A stretch of DNA of 64,000 nt. It comes from Squalus acanthias. Lineage: Eukaryota. The translations under genes were made by a program, and so were the position numbers. This document shows positions 35,010 to 47,019 of this stretch, one piece after another. Position 1 is the first letter of the stretch; every line of letters begins with the position of its first letter. Below the pieces are notes generated by a model. The model did not search any database, was not told the origin of the DNA, and worked only from the letters and a program-made list of their open reading frames with translations. The stretch lies in the NCBI GenBank assembly GCA_030390025.1, contig CM059438.1, positions 58,964,001 through 59,028,000 on the forward strand. Direction: 5' to 3'.

Positions 35010-36035
35010 AATATAGTTAACACTGAGGAAGACTGCGACAAAATATAAGGCATGGACTAATTTGCAGAATGGGCGTGTAAATGGAAAATTAATTTCAATA
35101 TAGATAAGTGTGAGGTGGCGCATTTTGGTAGGAGGAATAAGGAGGCCACCAACTCCTTGGAAAATAAGAGTTAATGGGGTTGAGGAGCAAAGGGATCTAG
35201 GGGTACAGATTCTCAAAGCATTAACTATAACAACGCAGGTTAATAAAGCCATAAAAAATGCAAACAAAGCATTGCGGTACATTTCTGGAGGTATAGAATT
35301 CAAAAGCAGCGACCACACATGGAGTTCTGGGTTAGACCACACATGGAGTTCTGGGTTAGACCACACATGGAGTTCTGGGTTAGACCACACATGGAGTTCT
35401 GGGTTAGACCACACATGGAGTTCTGGGTTAGACCACACATGGAGTTCTGGGTTAGACCACACATGGAGTTCTGGGTTAGACCACACATGGAGTTCTGGGT
35501 TAGACCACACTTGGAGTTCTGGTCTCCATATTACAAAAAGGATATAGAGGCACTGGAGAAGGTGCAAAGAATATTTACAAGGATGATACCAGAACTGAGA
35601 GGTTATAACTATCAGGAAAGACTGAACAGGCAGGGGCTCTTTTCCCTAGAAAAGAGAAGGCTGAGAGGTGACCTAATAGAGGTCTTTAAAAATATGAAGG
35701 GGATCAATAGGGTAGATGTAGAAAAGATATTTCCACTTGTAGAGGAGTCCAAAACTAGGGGCCATAAACATAATAGTCACTAATAAATCCAATAAGGAAT
35801 TCAGGAGAAACTTCTTTACCCAGAGAACGTGCTGCCACAAGGAATGGTTGAGGCGAATAGTATAGATGCATTTAAGGGGAAGCTAAATAGGTACACGAGG
35901 GAGAAAGGAATAGAGGATATGTTAGAGTGAGATGAAGTAATTAGAGTCGGAGGAGGCTCGTGTGGAACATAAACACCGACATAGACCTGTTGGGCTGAAG
36001 GGCCTGTTTCTGTGCTGTAAATACTATGTAATGTA
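35010..36035 (+). mobile_element. 5'-truncated CR1 LINE containing an internal minisatellite
   Basis: EQRDLGV, RPHLEFWSPYYKKDIEALEKVQR, LFSLEKRRLRGDLIEVFK, TRGH motifs; CR1 3' end ttctgtgctgta. Confidence 0.9.
35311..35522. repeat. 24-bp minisatellite, ~9 copies (GACCACACATGGAGTTCTGGGTTA)
   Basis: Eight identical copies plus a final, nearly complete copy with one substitution. Confidence 0.97.
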
Positions 36036-36254
36036 ATATAATGAAATACACTTTAATTAAGATTGTGCCTATAATGATTTAGACTCTGTTGATTAGCAAT
36101 ATATACCCAAGTGCTTTATGCAATCCTCAATGCTTAACCTTTAATATTAATTGTGTTATCGCAGATGTTAAGTAAAGTCGTGTTAGTTAGTGCATCGCTG
36201 TGTCTGCCCTCATCTTTGATGATTCTGACCAGTAGGAGTTAATTACACGTTTTT

Positions 36255-37132
36255 AAAAATTCGTTCCTGGGATGTGGGCATCGCTGGCAAGGCCGGCATT
36301 TATTGTCCATCTCTAATTGCCCTTGAGAAGGTGGTGGTGAGCCACCTTCTTGAACCGCTGCAGTCCATGCAGTGAAGGTACGCCCACAGTGCTGTTAGGG
36401 AGGGAGTTCCAGAATTTTGACCCAGCTATGATGAAAGATCGACGATATATTTCCAAGTCAGGATGGTGTGTGACTTGGAGGGGAACTTGGAGGTGGTGGT
36501 GTTCCCATGTGCCTGCTGCCCTTGTCCTTCTAGGTGGTAGAGGTCGCAGGTTTGGGAGGTGCTGCTGAAGAAGCCTTGGCGAGTTGCTGCAGTACATCCA
36601 CGGTGAATGCTTACGATTTGTCCTGGATGGTGTCGAGTTTCTTCAGTGTTGTTGGAGCTGCACTCATCCAGGCAAGTGGAAAGTATTCCATCACACTCCT
36701 TACTTGTGCCTTGTAGATGGTGGAAAGGCTTTGGGGTGTCAGGAGGTGAGACACTCGCCACAGAATGCCTGCTCTTGTTGCCACAGTATTTATGTGGCTG
36801 GTCCAATTAAGTTTCTGGTCAATGTCGACCCCCAGGATGTTGATGGAGGGGGATCGGCGATGGTAATGCTGTTGAATGTCAAGGGGCTGTGGTTGGACTC
36901 TCACTTGTTGGAGATAGTCGTTGCCTGGCACTTATGTGGCGTGAATGTTACTTCCCACTTATCAGCCCAAGCCTGAATGTCGTCCAGGTCTTGCTGCATG
37001 CGGGCATGGACTGCTTCACTATCTGAGGAATTGCGAATGGAACTACACACTGTGCAATCATCAGCGAACATCCCCACTTCTGACCTTATGATGGAGGGAA
37101 GGTCATTGATGAAGCAGCTGAAGGTGGTTGGG
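36255..37132 (-). mobile_element. 5'-truncated copy of the LINE family seen at 856-2735
   Basis: Colinear with ~875-1815 apart from short deletions; INILGVDIDQKLNWTSHI translation. Confidence 0.92.
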
Positions 37133-37677
37133 CATTACATGTTGTACTGCAGTCCTGTTGTGACCGATTTGTCTGGGGTAACTATCAATATAATTTGGAC
37201 AGGATTATGTGGGACAGTCCAAAGTCAAGCTAATTTAGGCCTCTTTTACACTTTGGACACGAATGGTAGGTGCCAATCCAATTTTCCAATACATACATTT
37301 TAGGAAAGGGTGAAGGAAATTCGTCTACTACTCTTTTCTCAAAGCAATATTTCTTAAATATTGTGTAGGATTTAGCGTTTATCTATCCAATACCCATTAG
37401 CTACTCCCAGGTCAGTGATATCACCACTTAGATGCAGAGTAAAGCTGCCTCTGCATCTTTCCAACAGAGAGTACAAAAACAGAAAGAAATACAGAGTGCG
37501 GAAGAAACAGAAGTTACAGGAAAAGAGAGGCACAATTTTTGAAAAATCTTATCCGTGCGCAACAGGGTTAATTAGTAATCTCATAATAAAGGATCCTCTG
37601 GGGAAGAGTGATCATAATATGGGAAGTATTTCACTCTCAAACCCAATGTGAAATTCTAAGTTGAAACTAGAGTCTTA

Positions 37678-38443
37678 GGGGGAAAAATTTGGTTGGTTAG
37701 TGCCTCCCGTTAGCGCCTCCGGGGGGCGCTAATGGGGCGCTAGGAACTTAGTGCCCGAGCGCGGCGATTTTAGCGCCACTTGCGAAATTGACCAGTCGTT
37801 TTGCGGTGGCGTTAAACACTACCGCCACTATCTCCTGAGCCCGCAGATCGTGACGTCAGTCAAGCGTGCAACGCCCCAGACCGGATATTGAGCCGCGCCC
37901 CCAGCCTTAGCGCCTGCCACTAGGAACAACAGGTAGAGGGGAATGTTTTCAAGTCAGGAAAGGGCTGGGGGAGCGCTATTTAAAGGCGGGCGCTTCCTGC
38001 CTTTTCTTGTCGGCAAAATTTTTGGTTTTAACGCTGTCCTAAGGAGTTTTGGCCCTCAGCACCACTTTTGAGGTTCCTAAGTGCCGAGCTCTTTCCCTGG
38101 GCCTATCCATTAGTACTTCCAACACAATTGCTTTCGAGGTCTCTCCAGGCCGAGATTCAAGGCTGCAATGAGCAGGGTGTGGCTGGCCAGCAAGATGGCC
38201 CCTCCCCTTTAAGAACTGGACGGCGCCAGTCTGTCTGGCTTCCATGGCAATTGGTATCGCCTGAGCTTCGGTAGCGTTCTGAGGTAGCACCTCACTCCCT
38301 GACATTTGCGCCATAAGAGAGGTGTGTAGCGCCTGATTTAGCGCTCAAATCACCTCCAGGGGCAATAGAGGCGAATTTTGCAGTCAGAGGCGATAATTAG
38401 CGCCGGGCGCTAAACTTTGCGTCCGGCCGATATTAGCGCCCCA
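37678..38443. mobile_element. Non-autonomous DNA transposon (Harbinger-type MITE), right terminus lost
   Basis: Starts TTA|GGGGGAAAAATT; reverse-complement homolog of 60696-61588 (shared gcctcccgttag, tgacgtca, gcgctatttaaa, gcgcctgatttagcgctc). Confidence 0.75.
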
Positions 38444-38551
38444 TATCTCTTTATGTAGCTCGGTGTCAAATTTTGTTTGGTAACACTCCTGTGAAGCACC
38501 TTGGGTCATTTTACTATGTTAAAGGCGCTATATGAATGCAAGTTGTTGTTG
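38443..38551 (+). mobile_element. L2 3' terminal fragment
   Basis: ctgtgaagcaccttggg...ggcgctatatgaatgcaagttgttgttg; matches the reverse complement of the L2 end at 56263-56380. Confidence 0.75.
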
Positions 38552-38554
38552 CTG

Positions 38555-39303
38555 TAGAAGAACGAGGAGAGGCAATATAAACTAAAGGGTACAATTTTAA
38601 TGGGGCTGCAGGAACAGAGAGACCTGGAGGTGTATATACACAAGTCTTTGAAGGTGGCAGGACAAATTGAGAAGGCTGTTAAAAAGACATACGGGATCCT
38701 TAGCTTTATGAAGAGAGGCATGGAGTACAAAAGCAAAGAAGTTATGCTAAATCTTTATAAAACCCTGGTTAGGCCCCAGCTGGAGTATTGTGGCCAATTC
38801 TGGGCACCACACTTTAGGAAGGATGTCAAGGCCTTAGAGAGGGTGAAGAGGAGATTTATTAGAATGGTACCAGGGATGAAAGACTTCAGTTATGTGGAGA
38901 GACGAGAGAAACTGGGGTTGTTTTTCTTAGAGCAGAGAAGGTTAAGGGGAGATTGAACAGAGGTGTTCAAAATCATGAATGGTTTTGATAGAGTAAATAA
39001 GGAGAAACTGTTTCCACTGGTGAGAGGGTCATTAACCAGAGGACACAGATTTAACATAATTGGCAAAAGAGCCAGAGGCGACATGATGAAAATATTTTTT
39101 ACGCAGCGAGTTGTTGTGATCTAGAATGCGCTGCCTGAACGGGTGGAGGAAGCAGATTCAATAATAACTTTCAAAGGGGAATTGGATAAATACTGGAAAA
39201 GGAAAAATTTACAGGGCTATGGGGAAAGTACAGGGAAGTGGGACTAATTGGATAGCTCTTTCAAAGAGCCGGCACAGGCACGATGGGCCGAATGGCCTCC
39301 TTG
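38555..39303 (+). mobile_element. 5'-truncated CR1 LINE
   Basis: ORF 38600-38956: LYKTLVRPQLEYCGQFWAPH...RRLRGD; CR1 3' UTR gggccgaatggcctcc. Confidence 0.92.
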
Positions 39304-39593
39304 GATGGCCAAATACTGGATCAGTCCATGATTATAATCTCACCTTTACCAGAAACTTGAAGAGCAGGGATGAGAGTAGATCTTGTGTGATAGGAAGGTG
39401 CATATAGCATTCAGTATACAGTGCAATATATACAACTATACAGTGCAATATATATGGTCACACATGGAGTACTGGACCTATACAATTACAAAGTATTTAC
39501 AGCAGAGAAACAGGCCATTTGGCCCAACAGTTCTGTGCTGGTGTTTCTGCTCCACACCAGCCTCCTCCCACACCTCTTCCTCCACCTCACCAA

Positions 39594-40738
39594 CAAGAAA
39601 GACAGACTTGCATTTCTATAGCACCTTTCACGACCACCGGACGTCTCAAAGCGCTTTACAGCCAATTAAGTACTTTTGGAATGTAGTCACTGTTGTAATG
39701 TAGGAAACGCGGCAGCCAATTTGTGCACAGCAAGCTCCCACAAACAGCAATGTGATAATGACCAGATAATCTGTTTCAGTGATGTTGGTTGAGGGATAAA
39801 TATTGACCAGGAAACCGGGGATAACTGCCCTGCTCTTCTTCGAAATAGTGCCGTGGGATCTTTTACGTCCACCTGAGGGAGCAGACGGGGCCTCGGTTTA
39901 AAGTCTCATCCGAAAGACGGCACCTCCGACAGTGCAGCACTCCCTCAGCACTGCACTGGAGAGTCAGCCTGGAGTTTGTACTCAGGAGTTTGTACTCAAG
40001 TCCCTTGAGTACAAAAGTAGAGAAGTTATGCTGAACCTTTATAAAGCGTTGGTTAGGCCACAACTGGAGTATTGCGTCCAGTTCTGGTCACCACACTTTA
40101 GGAAGGATGTGAAGGGTGCAGAGGAGATTTACCAGAATGGTTCCGGGGATGGGAGATCTTAGCTACAAGGACAGGTTGGAGAAGCTGGATTTGTTTTCAT
40201 TAGAGCAAAGGAGGTTGAGGGGTGATTTGATAGAGGTGTACAAGATTATGACGGGTTTGGATAGGCTAGATAGGAAAAGGTTGTTCCCACTAGTTGATGG
40301 TACAAGGACTAGGGGACACAGATTTAAAGTTTTGGGCAAGAGATACAGGGGGGACGTGAGGAAAAACTTTTTTACGCAGCGAGTGGTGAGGACCTGGAAC
40401 TCGCTGCCGACGGAAGTGGTGGATGCGGAGACACTCAATGTTTTCAAGGGGAGACTGGATAGGCACTTGAGGGAAATAAACTGGCAGGGCTACGGGGATA
40501 GAGCGGGGGAATGGGCCTGACTGGATTGCTCTACAGAGAGCCGGCACGGACTCAATGGGCCAAACGGTCTCCTTCTGTGCCGTTATGACTCTATGACCTC
40601 CGACAGTGCGGCGCTCCCTCAGCATTGCACTGGAGTGTCAGCCTGGATTTTTGTGCTCAAGTCTCTGGAGTGGGACTTGAACCCACAACCATGTGACTCA
40701 GTGGCGAGGGTGCTGCCCACTGAGGCAGGGCTGACACT
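39594..40738 (-). mobile_element. Deu-domain SINE split by a CR1 insertion (body 39594-40010, head 40596-40738)
   Basis: Reverse complement matches 32801-33235; B-box-like ggttcaagtccc in the head portion. Confidence 0.85.
40005..40595 (+). mobile_element. 5'-truncated CR1 LINE inside a SINE
   Basis: EYKSREVMLNLYKALVRPQLEYCVQFWSPH and ORF 40116-40520; tail ttatgactctatg. Confidence 0.92.
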
Positions 40739-40819
40739 TGCTATACAATGGCTGGCAAATCACTGCCAGGGGCTTTCTTTCACTTCTACAAACTAAACAT
40801 CGATCATATTTTCAGCAGC

Positions 40820-41100
40820 ATTGAGCCCCGAGTGTAACACTGGCGGCTCTCCTACCCCCGGGCTCCAAGCTCCGGGCCCAGGCCCCGCCTTACCTCGGGC
40901 CGCGCTCTCTCCGCCTGCCGGCTCCCCGCCAGTGTGGCGCGGCGGCGGCGCCATGGCAACCAGCACGCTGGAGAAGGCGGCTTCCTGCCTGCGTGATGGC
41001 GTCACCGGACGCACGGCGGGAAAGGGGGCGGCGCCGTTCGCTGCTGCGAGCGCCGACCAATCAAAGAGCCGCGCAGTTATCCCAGCGCGGTGACGTCATG
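40820..41100 (-). promoter_or_regulatory. CpG-island promoter with CRE, CCAAT box, GC box and RFX X-box-like site
   Basis: Non-repetitive GC- and CpG-rich island; TGACGTCA 41091-41098, GACCAATCA with CCAAT at 41057-41061, GGGGGCGG near 41023, GGCGCCATGGCAAC 40947-40960. Confidence 0.8.
40894..40954 (-). CDS. Probable first-exon ORF (MAPPPRHTGGEPAGGESAAR, phase 1) of an unidentified gene; could be a uORF
   Basis: GCCATGG Kozak ATG at 40954-40952 followed by donor GAG|GTAAGG after 40894, downstream of the promoter motifs on the minus strand. Confidence 0.45.
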
Positions 41101-41519
41101 GACCATGGTTAATATTTTATATTTTTATTCAAATACAATAATACTTATACAACTCATCAATTACATAGTAAATCCATTACATTCATCCATCACAGTAAAA
41201 AGTAAAGCCTTAAAAGCAGCCTTATAGTTAACAAATGCAATGATTAATTTTACAAATAAATCAATAATATTTACAGTACAAATACCCTTAAATAGTCCCA
41301 CACAAACTTTGTAGATTTAAAGTAACAAAATGGACCATCGTTGGCGCACCGAGCGTGGGGTGGGAGCCGTTCATTCACAAATTGGCCCCTGCACATATAC
41401 CTGGCTCAGCTAACAACACAGGGATGGAACCAATTTATTTTAATGAAAAAGTGCACCAGCCTGTATTATCAAAATGCAACTTTTCTGAAATAGTGCACAA
41501 AGGCAAATAATGAGCAAAA

Positions 41520-41755
41520 GCTCAGGCAACAGTAGTGCCTTAGAGTCAGAAGGTTGTGGGTTCAAGTCCCACTCCAGAGACCTGAGCAGAAAATCCAGGC
41601 TGACACTCCAGTGCAGTGCTGAGGGAGTGCTGCACTGTCGGAGGTGCCGTCTTTCAGATGCGATGTTAAACCGAGGCCCCGTCTGCTCCCTCAGGTGGAT
41701 GTAAAAGATCCCACGGCACTATTTCGAAGAAGACCAACATCACTAAAACAGATTA
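41520..41755 (+). mobile_element. Deu-domain SINE, 5' part, truncated by a Penelope-like element
   Basis: gggttcaagtccc B-box and Deu core; ends at cagattat where the inverted PLE segment begins. Confidence 0.85.
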
Positions 41756-43697
41756 TCCAGGCGGAGGAGGGTGGTGGTGGATGGGCACTGGTTGGGCCCC
41801 TGTTGAAGGAAGAAGCGGAGCACCCTCAGGCAGTCCTGGTGGGGGATGGAGGTGTAGAGGGATTGGACGTCCATAGTGAAAAGGAGACAGTTGGGGCCAG
41901 GAAGCTGGAAACTGTTAAAGTGGCGGAGGGCGTCGGAAGAGTCGCGAATGTAGGTGAGCAGAGACTGGACAAGGGGAGAAAAAATAGAGTTGAGATAGGG
42001 AGAAATCAGTTCCGTGGGGCAAGAACAGGCTGAAACGATGGCTCTACCAGGGCAGAGGCCCAACCAGTCCCCATCCACCACCACCCTCCTCCGCCTGGCT
42101 GAACTTGTTCTCACATTGAACAACTTGTCCTTTGACTCCACTCAGTTCCTCCAAATTAAAGGTGTTGCTATGGGAACTCGCATGGGACCTAGCTATGCCT
42201 GCCTTTTCGTGGGATATGTGGAACATTCTTTGTTCCAGTCCTACTCAGGTCCCTCCCTCACCTATTTTTCCGGTACATTGATGACTGTATCAGTGCCGTT
42301 TCCTGCTCTCGCCCTGAACTAGAAAATTTCATTCACTTTGCTTCCAATTTCCACCCTTCCCTCACCTTCACATGGTCCATCTCCAACTCTTCCCTTCCCT
42401 TCCTTGACTTCTCTGTCTCCATTTCTGGGGATAGGCTATTGACAAACATCCATTATATGCCCACTGACTCCAACAGCTACCTGGACTACACTTCCTCCCA
42501 CCCACTTCCTGTAAGGACTCTATTCCATTCTCCAGTTTCTCCGTCTGCACCGCATCTGTTCTGACGATGCCACCTTCCATACTAGTGCTTCCGATATGTC
42601 TTCCTTTCTCCTCAACCGAGGATTCCCCTCTACCGTGGTTGACACGGCCCTTGACCATGTCCGCTCCATTTCCCGCACTTCTGCTCTCACCCATTCCCCT
42701 CCCTCCCAGAACTACAATAGGATTTCCCTTGTCCTCACCTTTCACCCCACCAGCCTCCACATTCAACAAATCATCCTCCGCCATTTCCGCCACCTCCAGC
42801 ATGATCCCACCACCAAAGACATCTTCCCCTCCCCTCCTTCCCCAGCATTCCAAAGGAACCGCTCCCTCCGTGACACCCTGGTCCACTCCTCTATCACCCC
42901 CCACACCGATTCCCCTTTCCACGGCACCTTCTCATGTAAGCACAGGAGACACAACACCTGCCCTTTTACCTCCTCCCTTCCCACTGCCCAGGGCCCCAAA
43001 CACTCCTTCCAGGTGAAATAGCAATTCACTTGTACTTCTTGCAATTTAGTATACTGTATTCGCTGCTCACGATGCAGTCTCCTTTACATTGGGGAGACCA
43101 AACGCAGATTGGGTGACCGCTTTGCGGAACACCTCCATTCAGTGCATAAGCGTGGCCCCGAGTTTCCGGTCACCTGTCAATTTAATTCTCCGCTCCTCTC
43201 CCACTCTAACCTCTCCATCCTTGACCTCTTACACTGTTCCAACGAAGCTCAACGTAAGCTCGAGGAACAGCACCTCATCTTTCTATTAGGCTCTTTACAG
43301 CCTTCTGGACTCAACATCGAGTTCAGCAATTTCAGACTATAACCTCGACCCCTATGTTTTCTTCTCTCTCTCACATGTTGATGATTCTGCCATTCCCATT
43401 TACACCTCATCTAGAGTCATCTTTTGTTTCTTTACTTGTCCCAATACCATCTCCTTTTGCCTTGCACCATCATCCCTTTTGTATTTAAATCTCTCCTGCC
43501 TTCCATCTTATCACAGACATTCCCTTTTGTTCTTTCCTCCCCTCCCCCCTTTCCCTGCCCCACACTTGCTTAAATATCTGTTACTTCTCCAACTTTTTCC
43601 TGTTCTGGCGAAAGGTCATTGACCTGAAACATTAACTCTGTTTCTCTCTCCACAATGCTGCCTGACCTGCTGAATGATTCCAGCATTTTCTGTTGTT
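41756..43697 (+). mobile_element. 5'-truncated, 5'-inverted Penelope-like element
   Basis: 41756-42055 is the reverse complement of ~45268-45565; 42053-43697 is colinear with ~45520-47075 (frameshifted RT and GIY-YIG, 3' UTR). Confidence 0.92.
43601..43637 (+). ncRNA. Degenerate minimal hammerhead ribozyme motif in PLE 3' region
   Basis: GTT-CTGGCGA-A-AGGTC att GACCT-GAAA-CATT-AAC; stem II is perfect but the CUGA core is mutated. Confidence 0.5.
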
Positions 43698-44029
43698 GGA
43701 ACCATTTTATTTTGTCTGCGTTCTATCATCCTAACAAGTTCCAGGAATAATTTAAAATAGATTTCCTCTTAAACATTTAGTGGTGTGTTAATAGAAACAC
43801 GAGTTATGTAATGATGTATCAAATTTGCAGGAAGTTACTTTAGAAGAAACTATTTGTTTATTGAGAAAGACAGAAAATACTTTGATTAAACTGATAATGT
43901 ACAATTTTGATTTGGTATAAATGTTTGAAATAGGAGATTAAAAATTGAGAGTACAATGAAGTTTGTTTCCCGCTATTTAATTGCGAAGTATCTAAAATAC
44001 TTCAACACTTTTCGTGATAAGAGCAGGGA

Positions 44030-44133
44030 TTTCCCACATTACAACAGTGACTTCACTTCAAAAAGTACTTCATTGGCTGTAAAGGGCTTTGAGATGTCCG
44101 ATGGTCGTGAAAGGCGCTATAGAAATGCAAGTC
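44030..44133 (+). mobile_element. Deu-domain SINE 3' tail fragment
   Basis: cattacaacagtgac...ggcgctatagaaatgcaagtc as in 33125-33222. Confidence 0.8.
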
Positions 44134-44161
44134 AAACACGAGAAGGGAAACTGAAAGCAAT

Positions 44162-46812
44162 GATCAGGTATCTGCCAAGACTCGGTTTCACAGCCACATC
44201 TCTTTCCTCAGCAACTGTCTCTGGTTCCGACTTATTCCACGTGGATTCCAACTGAACTTCCACCCTTCGTGTTTCGGATCCACCCAGGATTACAAATATC
44301 TCCAAGATATTCATCGTTCCCTGAACTACTGCTCTCGCCGCATCTTGAGATCCACGCTCAACGCCATGCGGCGCCACATGAACACTCTCGACCTCTCTCT
44401 TCAGCAGCACCGACGCACTCTATCTCAAAGCTGTCCTGGTCCGCAGTTCCATTTCATCCTTCGACTCATCCGACGCTTCAACAAAAAACTTTTTTCTTCC
44501 TTTCTGATGTCAAGGATCGCAAGCTTCATCAACTCTTGGACACCAACGCCCCTCCGGAACCTTCTTCCCCTTCACTTTCCTCTGACCACATCCCTTCTTC
44601 CAATCTCACCCCCTGCCGTGTTTTCACCATCCCCTCTGACCTTCCCCTCTCTGACCCCGAACGATCAGTCCTCAGCAAAGGCCTGAGCTTCATCCCCTTA
44701 CGCCCCCATCTCAATGAATTTCGAGCTCGGCACGACTCTGTGCTCTTTTTCTGTCGCCTTCGTCTCCGTGCCCACTTCTTTGGCCAGGAGTCTTCCCCCC
44801 GCACAGCTGACCCTTGCTCCTGCTTTCAAAATTCTCGTTCTACCTGGACCCCTCCCTCTGGCCTCTTACCCTCTCTAGATCTTTTCATTGCTAACTGCCG
44901 ACGTGACATCAGCCGTCTCAATTTCTCTGCTTCCCTCACTCACTCCAACCTACCTCCTTCTGAACTTGCAGCACTCCGTTCTCTCTGATCCAACCCTAAC
45001 ATTATCATTAAACCTGCTGATAAGGGTGGTGCTGTTGTTGTTTGGCGAACCGACCTCTACCGTGTGGAGGCTGAACGCCAACTCTCCGACTCCTCCTCCT
45101 ACCTCCGCCTGGACCATGACCCCACTAGCAAACATCAAGCCATTGTTTCCAAGACTGTCACTGACCTCATCTCCTCTGGAGATCTTCCCTCCATGGCCGC
45201 CAACCTCATAGTCCGCCAACCCCGCACAGCCCGCTTCTACCTCCTTCCCAAGATCCACAAACAGGACTGCCCTGGTAGACCCATCGTTTCAGCCTGTTCT
45301 TGCCCCACGGAACTTATCTCTTCCTATCTCAACTCTATTTTTTCTCCCCTTGTCCAGTCTCTTCCCACCTACATCCGCGACTCTTCCGACGCCCACCGTC
45401 ACTTTAACAGTTTCCAGTTTCCTGGCCCCAACCGTCTCCTTTTCACTATGGACGTCCAATCCCTCTACACCTCCATCCCCCACCAGGACGGCCTGAGGGC
45501 GCTCCGCTTCTTCCTTGAACAGAGGCCCATCCAGTCCCCATCCACCACCACTCTCCTCCGCCTGGCTGAACTTGTTCTCACATTGAACAACTTCTCCTCT
45601 GACTCCACTCACTTCCTCCAAATTAAAGGTGTTGCTATGGGAACCTGCATGGGCCCTAGCTATGCCTGCCTGTTCATGGGATATGTGGAACATTCTTTGT
45701 TCCAGTCCTACTCAGGTCCCCTCCCTCACCTCTTTTTCCGGTACATCGATGACTGTATCGGTGCCGTTTCCTGCTCTCGCCCTGAACTAGATAAGTTCAT
45801 TCGCTTTACTTCCAATTTCCACCCTTCCCTCACCTTCACATGGTCCATCTCCGACTCTCCTCTTCCCTTCCTTGACTTCTCCGTCTCCATTTCTGGCGAT
45901 CGGCTTTCGACAAACATCCACTACAAGCCCACTGACTCCCACAGCTACCTGGACTACACCTCCTCCCACCCCGCTTCCTGTAAGGACTCTATTCCATTCT
46001 CCCAGTTTCTCCGTCTCCGCCGCGTCTGTTCTGACGATGCCACCTTCCATACCAGTGCTTCCGACATGTCTTCCTTTTTCCTCAACCGAGGATTCCCCTC
46101 TACTGTGGTTGACACGGCCCTTGACCGTGTCCGTTCCATTTCCCGCACTTCTGCCCTCACCCCTTCCCCTCCCTCCCAGAACCATGATAGGGTTCCCCTT
46201 GTCCTCACCTTTCACCCCACCAGCCTCCACATTCAACGGATCATCCTCCACCATTTCCGCCACCTCCAACGTGATCCCACCACCAAACGCATCTTCCCCT
46301 CACCTCCCCTTTCAGCATTCCGTAGGGACCGCTCGCTCTGCGACACCCTGGTCCACTCCTCTATCACCCCCAACACCCCTTCCCCTTCGCCTGGCACCTT
46401 CCCGTGCAAGCGCAGGAGATGCAACACATGCCCTTATACCTCCTCCCTTCCCACTGTCCAGGGCACCAAACACCCCTTCCAGGTGAAACAGCGATTTACT
46501 TGTACTTCTTGCAATTTAGTATACTGTATTCGCTGCTCACGATGCGGTCTCCTCTACATTGGGGAGACCAAATGCAGATTGGGTGACCGCTTTGCGGAAC
46601 ACCTCCATTCAGTCCGTAAGGGTGACCCCGAGCTTCCGGTCGCCTGTCACTTTAATTCACCGCTTCACTCCCACTCAGACCTCACCATCTTTAGCCTATT
46701 ACATTGTTCCAATGAAGCTCAACGTAAGCTCCAGGAACAGCACCTCATCTTTCGATTAGGCACTTTACAGCCTTCTGGACTCAACATTGAGTTCAACAAT
46801 TTCAAACTATAA
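44162..46812 (+). pseudogene. PLE polyprotein ORF (~880 codons) broken by one frameshift (~44490) and one in-frame TGA (44986-44988)
   Basis: The frame of ORF 44345-44686 switches to that of 44269-44988 at a T-run; 45064-46812 (582 aa) continues in frame after the stop. Confidence 0.85.
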
Positions 46813-46982
46813 CCCCTGCCCCCATTTTTCATGCTGTATGATTTTGCCATTCCCATTTGCAACATTTTATCTTTCCTGCCTCTTACAAAAGCACAGTATA
46901 TTCCTTCAATTCCTCCCCCCCCCCCCCCCCCCCCCCCCGTCTCTGCACCTGCTTAATATCTGTTACATCTCCAGCTTTTTCC

Positions 46983-47019
46983 AGTTCTGATGAAGGGCCC
47001 CAGACCGGAAACGTTAACT
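46983..47019 (+). ncRNA. Minimal type I hammerhead ribozyme motif in PLE 3' region (stem II weakened)
   Basis: AGTT-CTGATGA-A-gggccccagaccg-GAAA-CGTT-AACT; intact core boxes, 4-bp stem I, palindromic AACGTT in place of stem III. Confidence 0.65.

Noticed and set aside
41425..43716. tggaacca(a/t)tttatttt at ~41425 and ~43698 as a PLE target-site duplication
   Set aside because: The left copy is ~300 bp from the PLE boundary with a SINE in between, and the word is AT-rich; chance is not excluded.
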